DNA of 64,000 nucleotides from an uncultured delta proteobacterium (GTDB taxonomy: Bacteria > Desulfobacterota > Binatia > UBA9968). Under the pieces are notes generated by a model. The model worked only from the letters and a program-made list of their open reading frames with translations, was not told the DNA's origin and made no database searches. The stretch covers positions 72,011-136,010 of the forward strand of contig CAVTUQ010000010.1 in NCBI GenBank assembly GCA_963737905.1, given 5' to 3'. This document shows positions 10,097 to 20,612 of the stretch, piece after piece; position 1 is the stretch's first letter, and every line of letters begins with the position of its first letter. The translations under genes were made by a program, and so were the position numbers.

Positions 10097-11312
10097 ATGT
10101 TTCGTTCCGTGCCGCTGACGCTTTTTTGGTTCGTCTACATGGGTTCTGTGGGGATCGTGCTGCCATACTACAGCCTTTATCTCAAGGAGAACGCCGGCTT
10201 GTCGGGAACGGAGTTGGGTTGGGTCCTGGCCACCCTCCCGCTCGTGAGCATCGTCGTGCAGCCCTTCTGGGGACACGTCGCAGATCGAACCGGCGCCCGC
10301 AGCCGCATCGTGGTCGTTCTCTCCATTGGAACGGCGCTCGGCTACCTCGCCCTCGCTGCGGCCGGAGGTTTTTGGGCCATCTTGTTTGCTACGGCGGCGA
10401 TGGCGGTTTTCGGGGCCGCTGTGCTGCCTATCACCGTTTCCGTGAGTCTGGCAATCCTCCGCGACGCTGGACCCCATGCTTTCGGCTTCGTGCGTGTTTG
10501 GGGCACCATTGGATATTTTGTCTTGATTGTGAGTTTTCCTTGGATTCTGGAAAGCTATCAGGCAGCTCGAGGGTTTTCACCGCCAAAAGGCGGGGCTACC
10601 GAGCCGGGATTGGGGATCATGTTTGTTGTCACCGCCGTCCTCGCCGCGATATCAGCGCTGGTCGGCTTTTTTTCTGCCCCGGCAAGGTATTGTCTCCATG
10701 CGCGCTGCGCGCGGCGATTGGCGTATGCTCTTGGGCAATCGCGCCTACATTCGTTTTCTTCTCTTCTCATTTGCGGCATATCTTCTATCGCAGGGACCGA
10801 TGTGGCTGTTTCCGATTTTCGTTCGCTCGCGCGGCGGCGATATCGAGACGATTCGCAACATGTGGGTTTATATGCTTGTCGTCGAGATTCCGCTGGTGCT
10901 GGCCTCGGGGAGTGGCTTACAGCGCCTCGGCGCCCGCGGGTTACTCGGGGTCGGCGTTGTCGTGGGTGGACTACGTTGGCTTCTTTGCGCTTTTATCAAC
11001 GACCTGCACCTTCTCTCACTCGTGCAGACCCTTCACGGCGTGACGGTAGTGGGTCTCCTCATGGGCGGCCCGCTTTATCTCGACGTCGTGGCGCCGGAAA
11101 AATTGCGCTCCACAGCTCAAGCGCTCCTGTCCATGGTCGGGGTCGGAATCGCAGGGATTGTATCGAATCTTGGGTCGGGGTGGTTGTTGGATGCCGCAGG
11201 AATCAATGCACTCTACGCGGCGACGGGGATCGGTTCGGCTCTTCTGGGTTGCCTTGTCTGGTGGATACTGCCTGCGCCCAAGCGCGCGGGAAGCGGATCA
11301 ACTTGCAATTGA
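10097..11312 (+). CDS. MFS transporter (HcaT/nucleoside:H+ symporter-like), 1-nt frameshift in the T7 run 10667-10673
   Basis: PFWGHVADRTG, VRVWGTIGY, then second frame VEIPL, QTLHG, PEKLRSTAQAL. Confidence 0.85.
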
Positions 11313-11381
11313 CGTGATGCCCGTTTATACGAGATCATAATTGCTAGAACCAAGTCGCACAATATTTGGGAGCAACGTCAC

Positions 11382-12470
11382 ATGAAGAAGATCGTCACTA
11401 TCCTGATTGTCATCATTTCGGCTGCACTGCTTTCGGCGAGCCACTCAGAAACTCTGTACGCGGCTGCGGCTCAGACGACGGCTGAGCAGCTCTACGCGGA
11501 ATTGGCGAAACTCAAGCCCGATCAGCGGGCCAAGAGACTGGAGGAAGGCGCGCGCAAGGAAGGCAAGCTCACTTTCGTTCATACCTGGCGCGGCAAGATC
11601 GCACGCGATTTCGGGAGCGCCTTTGAAAAACGATACTCCTATATCAAGTTTGAGATGAGCGACCTGGGTTCTCAGGATGCCGCGGAACGCTTTATCGCGG
11701 AAGAGCGGACGGGACGTCATCTGACGGATATCCTTAGCCTAGCCGTCCCAGATCTCGCCGTGGTTCTGAAACAGAACTTGGTTGCCCGGTACCCGACACC
11801 CGCGACCGGTAAGATCCTGAAACAGTACGCCGGATTTGTCGATCAGGAGAATCGCTGGACGGCGTGGTACTGGAGCGAGCACGGGATTTCTTACAATACA
11901 AATCTGGTGAGTGCCGCTCAGGCGCCCAAAGAATGGTTCGATTTGTGTAAACCGGCGTTCAAGGGCCAGGTATCCTTTGATCCGGCGGAAACACGTTTCC
12001 TAGCCGGGCTCTACACGATGATGGGCGAGGAGAAGACCAAGCAGTGGCTAAAATGCATCGGTGAGAATCAACCGATCATCCAGACGGGACATACTCAACG
12101 GATGGAGCTCATGCTGACCGGCGACCACGCGTTGCAGGGAGACAACTATCTCTACGCGGGCATCGAGGCGATGAGAAAAAACCCTAAGGCCCCCTACGCG
12201 ATTGTCTATACGGCGCCGATTCTGGCTTTTGCGGGATCCATGGTCATCAGCAGGAACACGCAGAATCCTCATGCGGCGGCGTTAATGGCGGATTGGGCGC
12301 TTTCGGATGAGGCGCAAAAACTGACCAGCGACTTCCTGCGCGGCCCGTTGACCATTAAGCACCCGTATCTTCCGGACAACATCAAACTGGTGACTTACAA
12401 CATCGTGAGCGAGGATATTACTAACCGGCTACACGAGGCCTGGAATCAATACATCGGCCGGCAGAAGTAG
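11382..12470 (+). CDS. ABC transporter substrate-binding protein (Fe3+/thiamine-type)
   Basis: Signal peptide; EGARKEGKL, YNTNLV, APKEWFDL, PHAAALMADW. Confidence 0.9.
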   Translation: MKKIVTILIVIISAALLSASHSETLYAAAAQTTAEQLYAELAKLKPDQRAKRLEEGARKEGKLTFVHTWRGKIARDFGSAFEKRYSYIKFEMSDLGSQDAAERFIAEERTGRHLTDILSLAVPDLAVVLKQNLVARYPTPATGKILKQYAGFVDQENRWTAWYWSEHGISYNTNLVSAAQAPKEWFDLCKPAFKGQVSFDPAETRFLAGLYTMMGEEKTKQWLKCIGENQPIIQTGHTQRMELMLTGDHALQGDNYLYAGIEAMRKNPKAPYAIVYTAPILAFAGSMVISRNTQNPHAAALMADWALSDEAQKLTSDFLRGPLTIKHPYLPDNIKLVTYNIVSEDITNRLHEAWNQYIGRQK

Positions 12471-12558
12471 CGCTCCGGCGATTTCAAGTCGGTTTTAAGA
12501 CACAGGCGTAACGCCTTCTACTCGGAGGGCTCATCCTGAGGCCATCGGCAGAGTGTGA

Positions 12559-14283
12559 ATGACTCGGACTAGTGACCGGCTGCTCCCGAGCGGCGGCGGG
12601 ATCGTTTTCGTATGTCTGGTCGTCGTTCTCATTTATCAGGTCTTGCTGCCGTTCCTGCTGATCATCTGGACAAGCCTGAAAGTCGCCCATCCCGGAGATC
12701 CCGAATTCCTTGAACTGAGCTTTACGGCCGCCAATTATTTCCGAGCCTTCGCGATCAAAGAGTTTTGGGAGGCGAGCCTCAACACATTTTATTTCGCGTC
12801 GGTATCCACGCTGTTCTCGTTCGTGTTTGGAACCTTCCTCGCCTGGGCCGTCGTTCGCACGAACACTCCGCTGGCGCCGTTGATCGGCATGATCACACTC
12901 GGGCGCATTATTATCCCGGGAGTCATCATCACGATTTCCTGGATACTGCTAGCTAGCCCCAGCATAGGGATTCTGAATTATTTTATTACCGCGATCACCG
13001 GAGTGCGACGGTTCCTGAACATCTACTCCTTCTGGGGGATGGTTTGGGTGCAGTCGCTGGAAATGGCTCCGCTGGCCTACCTGCTGATGTCGGCGGCTTT
13101 CCAATCCACAGATCCACGACTGGAGGAAGCCTCAGCCATTGCCGGAGCCGGAGCATGGCCGACGTTTTATCGCGTCTCGTTGCCGCTTATCCTGCCGGCT
13201 ACGGCAGCGTCGGCACTCTTGTTGTTTATTCAAACGGTGGAGAGCTTTGAGGTTCCGTTATTGCTCGGCGGCCGCGCGCGGGTCCCGGTCTACACCACCG
13301 AGGTTTATTTCAACACGGCGCGCACGCCGACGGATTGGGGCTTGGCGAGCACGTATTCGATGATGCTTCTGGTTTTATCGATGGCCTTACTCTTTGTCTA
13401 TTTTAGATTGGTGCGTCATACCGAACGCTACCAAACCATTACCGGCAAAGACTTCAGGCCCCGTCGCATCGATCTCGGCAGCTGGCGGTACCTGACCTGC
13501 GCGCTGAGTCTGCTTTTGGTTTTTCTCATCACCGGTCTGCCTTTTATTATAATGTTGTACGCTTCGCTGATGCCGCGTTTTCAGCCGCCAACCTTCGAAG
13601 CATTGCGTGATGTAACCTTGGTTAATTATCGAAGCCTGCTGGCGGATTGGAACTATTCCGTGAGGCCGCTTTGGAACAGCACCCTGCTCGGCGTGGGGTC
13701 AGCTTCGGTGGTGATGCTGTTGGTTGCTGCCATCAGCTATTTTGTCAACAAGAGCCGTGTTCGTGGCCGCAAAATTCTTGACTTTCTCGGCTTCGCGCCG
13801 ATTGCCTTGCCAAGCGTAGTCCTGGGCACGGCCTTCCTATGGTTTTATCTCCTCGTGCCGCTGCCGGTTATCGGAAGCCTCAGCATCATCGGTCTCGCCT
13901 ATCTCACGAGGTATATGCCCTACGCGCTCCGTTTTGTCTCGGCGTCGATGGTGCAAATTCATACCGAGCTCGAAGAAGCCGCCGCCGTGGCAGGAGGGAC
14001 CTGGTGGAAAAATCTTTATCGGATTTACCTTCCCTTGCTTCGCCCTGGTCTCATGGCCGGATGGTTTTGGGTGATGGTTCACGCGTATCGAGAGCTCACG
14101 ATTGCGCTGATGCTGGCCCGGTCCAGAAATCGCACCGCCGCCGTGATCATCTTCGATCTCTGGTCCAATGGATCGTTTCCACAGTTGAGCGCTTTCGGAG
14201 TGCTTATGTTCGTAATACTGATCGTCCTGGTTTCCATTGGCCAGACTGTAGGAAAGCGGTTCGGGGTTCAGGAGCAGGTTTAG
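12559..14283 (+). CDS. ABC transporter permease, FbpB-like (two BPD domains)
   Basis: Two EAA motifs (LEEASAIAGA, LEEAAAVAGG); multiple TM helices. Confidence 0.92.
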   Translation: MTRTSDRLLPSGGGIVFVCLVVVLIYQVLLPFLLIIWTSLKVAHPGDPEFLELSFTAANYFRAFAIKEFWEASLNTFYFASVSTLFSFVFGTFLAWAVVRTNTPLAPLIGMITLGRIIIPGVIITISWILLASPSIGILNYFITAITGVRRFLNIYSFWGMVWVQSLEMAPLAYLLMSAAFQSTDPRLEEASAIAGAGAWPTFYRVSLPLILPATAASALLLFIQTVESFEVPLLLGGRARVPVYTTEVYFNTARTPTDWGLASTYSMMLLVLSMALLFVYFRLVRHTERYQTITGKDFRPRRIDLGSWRYLTCALSLLLVFLITGLPFIIMLYASLMPRFQPPTFEALRDVTLVNYRSLLADWNYSVRPLWNSTLLGVGSASVVMLLVAAISYFVNKSRVRGRKILDFLGFAPIALPSVVLGTAFLWFYLLVPLPVIGSLSIIGLAYLTRYMPYALRFVSASMVQIHTELEEAAAVAGGTWWKNLYRIYLPLLRPGLMAGWFWVMVHAYRELTIALMLARSRNRTAAVIIFDLWSNGSFPQLSAFGVLMFVILIVLVSIGQTVGKRFGVQEQV

Positions 14284-14341
14284 ATTATGTTGCAGAAGTT
14301 CGCAAAGGATGGCTTGCCGGCGTCATACCCACGAAGCGACC

Positions 14342-14374
14342 TTGTAGGGGCGGGTTTGAAACCCGCCCCTACAA
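14342..14374. repeat. GTAG-tagged REP palindrome
   Basis: TTGTAGGGGCGGGTTT-G-AAACCCGCCCCTACAA, perfect 16-bp arms. Confidence 0.85.
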
Positions 14375-14437
14375 CAGATGCAGGACAGGCAGCGACTGTC
14401 TAGCATTCTGTTAGAATGACGAGTAATAAGGAAGCGT

Positions 14438-15088
14438 ATGTTCAAGCCTATGTGTCCGCCACGGACGATAATCGTGGTCGGTTGGCTTTTTTGTCTACTG
14501 CTCAGACCGGTGTCGGCAGCGTCCCAGAGTAAATCCGCAAACCAAGCTTTAGTGGGGCCGGGACCGACTCTAGGATCAGCCAGCGCCGCCGTGACTATTA
14601 TCGAGTTCTCTGATTTTCAATGCAGTTTCTGTAAAAGGTTTTGGACCGACACTCTGCCCAAGCTTAAAAGTGATTACATCAATACAGGAAAGACGCTTTT
14701 TATTTATCGGCACTTCGCTATTCTAGGAAAACATTCCGAGCAAGCTGCCCTGGCGTCGGAGTGCGCCGCGGAGCAAGGGAAATTCTGGGAGTATCATGAC
14801 CAGCTATTTAAGAATCAGGGCGGGCTGGCCTTCACCGAAGCCAAGCTTAAACAATACGCGGGCGGTATCGGCTTGAACGCCGGAGCATTCGGAACCTGTC
14901 TGGGAACCGGCAAGTATAGAGAAAAAGTCGAGCGCGAGACTGTGGCTGCTGCTAATCTAGGAGGGCGGGGGACGCCATTGTTCATCGTTAATCAGCGTCC
15001 TGTGGTTGGAGCCCAGCCTTACGCTGTCTTTCAGAAGATGATCGAGGAAGAGTTAAAATCCCAAGAGGAGAAAAAGAAAACCAAGTGA
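14438..15088 (+). CDS. DsbA/BdbD-like thioredoxin-fold protein (Cys form)
   Basis: IEFSDFQCSFC, GTP cis-Pro loop, VGAQPY; signal peptide. Confidence 0.92.
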   Translation: MFKPMCPPRTIIVVGWLFCLLLRPVSAASQSKSANQALVGPGPTLGSASAAVTIIEFSDFQCSFCKRFWTDTLPKLKSDYINTGKTLFIYRHFAILGKHSEQAALASECAAEQGKFWEYHDQLFKNQGGLAFTEAKLKQYAGGIGLNAGAFGTCLGTGKYREKVERETVAAANLGGRGTPLFIVNQRPVVGAQPYAVFQKMIEEELKSQEEKKKTK

Positions 15089-15201
15089 CAGAGCGCAGGC
15101 GCACTGGAAGCGAGGATCTGGCGATCAACACACTGCCCGGCCCGACCGCAACCGCGTCCGCCAACCCTCTCAACCCATGAAACGCAACTTCGATGACCAA
15201 C

Positions 15202-15659
15202 CTAGCTCTGATTGCCATACTTTAGTCGGGTCACACTTCCCGGCCCTGACTGAAGACTGTTACTACAAACAGATTATCGAATTCGCTATCATCAATCACC
15301 GGCACGCTTCCTGCACCAAGTCGGGCGATTATATCAGGGACGGTATCGCTATGGCCGATCACCAGCACGGTTTGCCCTGTGCGGTTCGATAAGATGTCAT
15401 TCCTTACTTGCAATGCTTCATCCATCTCAATAGCTGAGAGCCCGAGATGGGTGGCTAAGGGTTGCGCTGTCTCTTTCGCGCGAACGTAGTGAGACCTGTA
15501 GATAGCTTTAATACCCGACTGGCCGACTGCATGGATCAACTTTTTTGCCCGCGCTTTCCCGGCGGCATTCAGGTGAGGATCTGGATTAGCGGAGGTGGGA
15601 GCATTCCTTTCCCCATGCCGAATAAGAATTACCGTTGTCACCAAAGAAGCGCTCGCCAT
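15202..15659 (-). CDS. Histidine phosphatase (phosphoglycerate mutase/SixA family), probable frameshift near the 3' end
   Basis: LIRHGE, RAKETA, VIGHSDT, FDNLFVV; a typical tail VTRLKYGNQS* lies in a shifted frame beyond the called stop at 15231. Confidence 0.8.
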
Positions 15660-15852
15660 AGGAATCCCCCAATTTTCTTAGGTCTAATGGAAAACTCTAC
15701 GCGCTACGTGAACGAACTGTCAAACAGGAGTGAATCCACACCTTAGTGGATTATGGTTTATACGCACCGGCCATTAACAGAATTTGCTTTCGCTTGATGG
15801 ACTCCGCACCATTTGATGAGTCACAATAATGCGATACGCTTTCTTCGACTGA

Positions 15853-16710
15853 ATGGTCTGGGTCACTATGCGTAGTTCGGAATCGATGACGCAAGGGGGC
15901 GAGCGATTTTTTTCGCCTGACAGGATGATCTGGCAGGTGGACCGCGAGATGGTTTTGCTCCTGGCGGGCGGGCGGGCGCTGCTCATGCAACTGGCTCATC
16001 CCAAGGTCGCCGCCGGCGTTGCTGGGCACAGCCATTTCAAAGCCGACCCCCTCGGTCGCCTCTACAGGACGATGAGCGCGATGTGGTCGATCGTTTTCGA
16101 CGAGGCTTCGGAGGCGCGTGCCTCGCTGAAACAGGTGAAAAGTGTCCACCGAAGGATTCATGGGATCGTTTCCCCGGCAGAACGATTGCCTCTCGGGACT
16201 CACTATGACGCTCTGGACGCCGAGCTGCTGCTCTGGGTACATGCCACGCTCATCGATTCAGCGATGGTGGCCTATGATCTTTTCGTCAAGCGGTTCTCGT
16301 TCGATGAAAAGTCGCGCTATTACGATGACTCAAAAAAGCTGGCGCGCCTATTCGAGATTCCGGAAGCGCTTGTTCCGGTGTCCCTTGCGGACTTCAATAC
16401 TTATGTTGAGCGAATGTTGCTGGGTGGTGAAATCACCGCGGGGCCTATGGCTCGCGCTCTCGCGGGGGAAATCCTCTATCCCAGCCCATGGATTTTGCGA
16501 CCGGCAGCACCATTGTTTCGCCTGATTACTGCGGGCCTGCTGCCGGAAAGATTGCGGGAAGGCTATGCAATTGGCTGGAACGAACGCCGAGAAAAAGCAT
16601 TTTGGTTAATTGCCAAAAGCGTCCGACGCTTGCTGCCGCTCATCCCCGGACCGTTACGGATCGTCCCTAATGCCCGCGCTGCGAAGAAAACCTTGCCCGC
16701 GTCGCCGTAG
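15853..16710 (+). CDS. Oxygenase MpaB / DUF2236 family protein
   Basis: GGRALLMQLAHPKVAAGVAGHS, RLYRT, YDALDAELLLWVHATL. Confidence 0.92.
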   Translation: MVWVTMRSSESMTQGGERFFSPDRMIWQVDREMVLLLAGGRALLMQLAHPKVAAGVAGHSHFKADPLGRLYRTMSAMWSIVFDEASEARASLKQVKSVHRRIHGIVSPAERLPLGTHYDALDAELLLWVHATLIDSAMVAYDLFVKRFSFDEKSRYYDDSKKLARLFEIPEALVPVSLADFNTYVERMLLGGEITAGPMARALAGEILYPSPWILRPAAPLFRLITAGLLPERLREGYAIGWNERREKAFWLIAKSVRRLLPLIPGPLRIVPNARAAKKTLPASP

Positions 16711-16739
16711 ATCACGGAAACCAAAAAACCGCCTGGAAC

Positions 16740-16785
16740 CCCTTCGACGGAGTTTATCCCGAGCGAGTAGCCGAAGGGCTCGGGA
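16740..16785. repeat. Intergenic REP-like element with interleaved inverted repeats
   Basis: CCCTTCG/CGAAGGG crossed with TCCCGAGC/GCTCGGGA. Confidence 0.6.
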
Positions 16786-16846
16786 CATGCTTTGCTCCTT
16801 TGCGCGAGGTATATTAAAGGGTCAGCTGAAGTAGTGAGTTTCCATT

Positions 16847-17524
16847 ATGCGAATCCTGCTGGTTGAAGATGATGTGAAAATAGCCGCGTTCGTTGAGAAA
16901 GGATTGCGGGCCGCGGGGTATGCAGTCGATCATACTCCCGATGGGGAAACAGGCTTGCATCTGGCTTTAACAGAACCCTACGATGCCGCCGTCGTCGACA
17001 TTATGCTACCGAAACTGAACGGGTTGTCGCTGATCGAAGGGATGCGACTGAAGAAGATCAATACACCGGTTATCATCCTAAGCGCGAAAGATTCCGTCGA
17101 TGATCGCGTCAAAGGGCTCCAGACCGGCAGCGACGACTATATGACCAAGCCCTTCGCTTTTTCCGAGCTGCTGGCACGCGTGCAGGCTCTAATCCGGCGC
17201 GCCGGCGGGGTGTCTGAACCGACGCAGTTGGCCACCGGAAATCTCTCCATGAACCTGTTGACCCGGGAAGTGGTCCGGGAAGGGAAAAGGATCGAATTGC
17301 AGCCCATAGAATTCTCTTTGCTTGAATATCTTCTACGCAATACCGGGCGGGTGGTTTCAAAGACGATGATTATGGAGCACGTGTGGGACTATAATTTCGA
17401 CCCCCAGACCAACGTTGTCGAGGCGCGGATCTCCCGGCTCCGCGACAAAATCGACAGGGATTTTTCTAAAAAGCTCATCCATACGATCCGCGGGGTCGGC
17501 TATGTCCTTAGGGAAAATCCTTAG
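16847..17524 (+). CDS. OmpR-family response regulator (CusR/CzcR-like)
   Basis: ILLVEDD, DIMLP, KPFAFSELLAR, VWDYNFDPQTNVVE, IHTIRGVGY. Confidence 0.95.
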   Translation: MRILLVEDDVKIAAFVEKGLRAAGYAVDHTPDGETGLHLALTEPYDAAVVDIMLPKLNGLSLIEGMRLKKINTPVIILSAKDSVDDRVKGLQTGSDDYMTKPFAFSELLARVQALIRRAGGVSEPTQLATGNLSMNLLTREVVREGKRIELQPIEFSLLEYLLRNTGRVVSKTMIMEHVWDYNFDPQTNVVEARISRLRDKIDRDFSKKLIHTIRGVGYVLRENP

Positions 17525-18914
17525 ACTGCCGAACACGCTCGCCTTCCGTCTCACGCTCTGGTACGCGGGAATTTTTGCCCTTTGTTCTGGCGTGGCGTTT
17601 CTACTCTTTTACACGCTTATCACTTCGGTGCTTCAAGAACGAACCGATCAGGAGCTGCTGGCTCAAGCGCAGAGGTTCTCCAGCTTGCTGGCCGGTGACG
17701 GCATCGGAGCGGTCAATAACAGCGCGGTTATCGAGGCCCAAGCCGCCGGCGAAAAGAAAGTCTTTTTTCGACTCCTGAATCTCACGGGAGAGGCCTTTTC
17801 TTCCTCCAACATGTCCTATTGGAAAGATATCCATGTGGATGTCGGGGCGATTGAGAAGCTGCTGCGAGGCAGCGGTCCTATTCTGGAAACCATTACGATT
17901 TCAAACCGCAGCGATGAAGTGCGCATCCTTTATGCCATGCTCAGTCCGACTGTCCTCGTGCAAGTAGGGCAGGCGATGGAAAGTCAGGCTCGTCTGCTTG
18001 ACGCGTTCAAGCGAATTTTTATCATCACCATGAGTTTATTGATTTTCCTGGCCGCAGGAGTCGGTTGGTTCATGGCCAGGCGAGCTGTTTCAGGTATCGA
18101 GGCGGTTACCCACACTGCGCGAAAGATCTCCGGCGGCTCGCTTCAGGAGCGGGTCCCGGTAAAACCCAGGGGCGATGAGATCGATCAGCTGGCCACGACG
18201 TTCAATCGGATGGTGGACCGGATTCAAACTCTGCTCACGGAAATCAAGGAAATGAGCGACAACATCGCCCATGACCTGAGAAGTCCGGTCACCCGAATCC
18301 GTGGCACGGCGGAAGTTACCCTGACGACCGGCAAGTCTCTCGAGGATTACGAGAACATGGCAGCCAGCACGATCGAGGACTGCGACCAGCTCCTCGATAT
18401 GATCAACACGATGCTGCTGATATCAAAGACGGAGGCCGGAGTCGAAAAGCCTTCGGGTGAGGCGGTCGAGATCGCGGCTCTCATCCGCAAAGCCTGCGAA
18501 CTTTTCGACCCTATTGCAGAAGACAAGAACGTGAGCCTGAACTATAACGCGGCCGAGAAAACCCTCGTCAGCGGCGACGCTCGAATGCTCCAGCGGATGC
18601 TCGCCAATATTCTGGACAATGCCGTGAAATATACCCCGTCAGGGGGAAAAATCGAGGTCTCTCTGACCGGGACCAAGAACCAAAATGTCACCATCTCCAT
18701 TAAAGACTGGGGAGTCGGCATCTCCGGGGCTGATCTGAACCGTATTTTCGAGCGATTCTACCGCTGTGATCAGAGCCGCTCCCAACCGGGAACGGGGCTG
18801 GGTCTCAGCCTGGCAAGGGCCATTGCCAGGGCTCATGGGGGGGACATTACCGTAACGAGCACCCCGAATCAGGGCAGTACTTTTAATATTACCCTTCCGA
18901 AAGTCGAGGGTTGA
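17502..18914 (+). CDS. HAMP sensor histidine kinase (CusS/CzcS-like)
   Basis: Two TM segments, HAMP, IAHDLRSP H-box, NILDNAVKY, GTGLGLS; start overlaps the regulator gene. Confidence 0.93.
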   Translation: MSLGKILRLPNTLAFRLTLWYAGIFALCSGVAFLLFYTLITSVLQERTDQELLAQAQRFSSLLAGDGIGAVNNSAVIEAQAAGEKKVFFRLLNLTGEAFSSSNMSYWKDIHVDVGAIEKLLRGSGPILETITISNRSDEVRILYAMLSPTVLVQVGQAMESQARLLDAFKRIFIITMSLLIFLAAGVGWFMARRAVSGIEAVTHTARKISGGSLQERVPVKPRGDEIDQLATTFNRMVDRIQTLLTEIKEMSDNIAHDLRSPVTRIRGTAEVTLTTGKSLEDYENMAASTIEDCDQLLDMINTMLLISKTEAGVEKPSGEAVEIAALIRKACELFDPIAEDKNVSLNYNAAEKTLVSGDARMLQRMLANILDNAVKYTPSGGKIEVSLTGTKNQNVTISIKDWGVGISGADLNRIFERFYRCDQSRSQPGTGLGLSLARAIARAHGGDITVTSTPNQGSTFNITLPKVEG

Positions 18915-18982
18915 GGGTCGAGAGGAAATTGTTCCTCATTCAATCCTCGATCCCCGACCCTCGACACTCTTTCTTATCCAAC

Positions 18983-18998
18983 ATTACCAATTGGTAAT
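18983..18998. promoter_or_regulatory. ATTAC-N6-GTAAT palindrome (CusR/CzcR-type box) upstream of degP
   Basis: Perfect palindrome ATTACCAATTGGTAAT about 90 bp before the degP start. Confidence 0.7.
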
Positions 18999-19086
18999 CT
19001 TCCGGTCAGCGTCCGGTTAACCTCGATTATTTATATTGAGTCAAAATTAACGGGCGATCAGGCCCCTAAACGAGAGGAGACTCATT

Positions 19087-20547
19087 ATGGAGAACAATTA
19101 TTTTAAACGGTATTTGCTTGCCCCGGTCCTGGTTAGCGTCTTACTGGGAACTGGATATGGGATATCGAAAGCGGTGAAGGCTTCCGATGCAGCAGCTACT
19201 CCGCCAACCAAGTCGGTTGAAGTGCCGATGGTTCCGGGCAACTTTAGCGAGCTTGCAGAAACGGTTCGCCCTGGGGTGGTCAATATCCAGGTGGTCAAGA
19301 AGGTAAAGAACGTTGCCTTTGGATCGCGTGATTTCTCGGGAAATCCGTTTGGTGAGGACAGTCCATTTGGAGACTTCTTTGGGCGCTATTTTCAGGGTAA
19401 TCCGTCGCCTGCTCCCGAGCAGCGCGGTGTCGGCTCCGGGTTCATCATGAGCCGCGACGGGTACATCGTGACGAATAACCACGTGGTCGAAGATGCGGAC
19501 CAGATCAAAGTGAAGCTCGCCAGCGGCAAAGAATATAATGCCAAAGTCATCGGTCGAGACCCGAAAACAGATTTAGCCCTGGTAAAGATCGACGGAGCCT
19601 CGGACCTGCATGCTCTACCGATGGGTAATTCGGACGACCTCAAGGTCGGTAGTTGGGTCGTCGCGATCGGCAGTCCCTTCGGTTTGGAACAAACCGTGAC
19701 CGCAGGCATCGTCAGTGCCAAGGGAAGAGTCATTGGCTCCGGACCCTATGACAATTTCATTCAGACCGATGCCTCGATTAACCCCGGCAACAGCGGTGGC
19801 CCGCTTATCAATACAAAGGGCGAGGTTGTGGGCATCAATACAGCGATTGTTGCCGAGGGCAAAGGCATAGGATTCGCCATCCCAATCAACATGGCCAAGG
19901 ACATCGCTCCCCAGCTTCAGGAAAAAGGACACGTGACCCGTGGATGGTTGGGCGTAAGCATTCAGGAGATGACACCGGAACTAGCGAAATCATTGGGCCT
20001 TAAAGAAGATAGCAAGGGGGCGCTGGTTGCGCAGGTCGTCCCAGGGAGCCCGGCGGAAAAGGCTGGAATCGCGCAGGGTGATGTGATCGTTGAGTTTGGC
20101 GGCAAAACAGTCGCCGAGTCCAAAGATCTGCCCCAGATTGTTGCATCGACGGCGGTAGGAAAATCAGTCGATGTGAAACTCTTGCGCGATGGTAAAGCGC
20201 TCGACCGACAGGTGAAAATCTCTGAGATGGAAGAGAACGTCACAGTCAACAACGCACCTGCTCGGAAAACCTTGGGGATTGCCGTGCAGAATCTCACCCC
20301 TGAAATGGCCAGAAGGCTCCGGCTCACGATAGAGAGCGGCGTAGTTGTCACCCGAGTTGAATCCGGAAGCCCAGCAGCCGATGCGGGAATTCAAACCGGT
20401 GATATCATCCGCGAGGTTAACCGCAAGCCGGTAAAAGATGCGGACGACCTAGTTCAAAAGATTGAACAGGTCAAAGATCAGAGTAGTATCCTTCTGCTTG
20501 TCCAGCGCGGACAAAATAACCTGTTCGCCGCTGTCACACCGAAGTAG
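19087..20547 (+). CDS. degP: Do/DegP-DegQ periplasmic serine protease, two PDZ domains
   Basis: TNNHVV, DLALVK, QTDASINPGNSGGPL; RBS AGGAG. Confidence 0.95.
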   Translation: MENNYFKRYLLAPVLVSVLLGTGYGISKAVKASDAAATPPTKSVEVPMVPGNFSELAETVRPGVVNIQVVKKVKNVAFGSRDFSGNPFGEDSPFGDFFGRYFQGNPSPAPEQRGVGSGFIMSRDGYIVTNNHVVEDADQIKVKLASGKEYNAKVIGRDPKTDLALVKIDGASDLHALPMGNSDDLKVGSWVVAIGSPFGLEQTVTAGIVSAKGRVIGSGPYDNFIQTDASINPGNSGGPLINTKGEVVGINTAIVAEGKGIGFAIPINMAKDIAPQLQEKGHVTRGWLGVSIQEMTPELAKSLGLKEDSKGALVAQVVPGSPAEKAGIAQGDVIVEFGGKTVAESKDLPQIVASTAVGKSVDVKLLRDGKALDRQVKISEMEENVTVNNAPARKTLGIAVQNLTPEMARRLRLTIESGVVVTRVESGSPAADAGIQTGDIIREVNRKPVKDADDLVQKIEQVKDQSSILLLVQRGQNNLFAAVTPK

Positions 20548-20573
20548 CCGCTCACTAACTTATCTCCCACCCA

Positions 20574-20604
20574 ACAACCCCTCCGCCGGCAGCGGAGGGG
20601 TTGT
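20574..20604. terminator. Intrinsic terminator-like hairpin between convergent genes
   Basis: ACAACCCCTCCGC-CGGCA-GCGGAGGGGTTGT, 13-bp perfect stem. Confidence 0.75.
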
Positions 20605-20612
20605 CTTTACTC

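Noticed and set aside
9623-11317. 564-aa ORF
   Set aside because: Chimera of antisense DUF488 sequence, the MFS N-half and an out-of-frame tail
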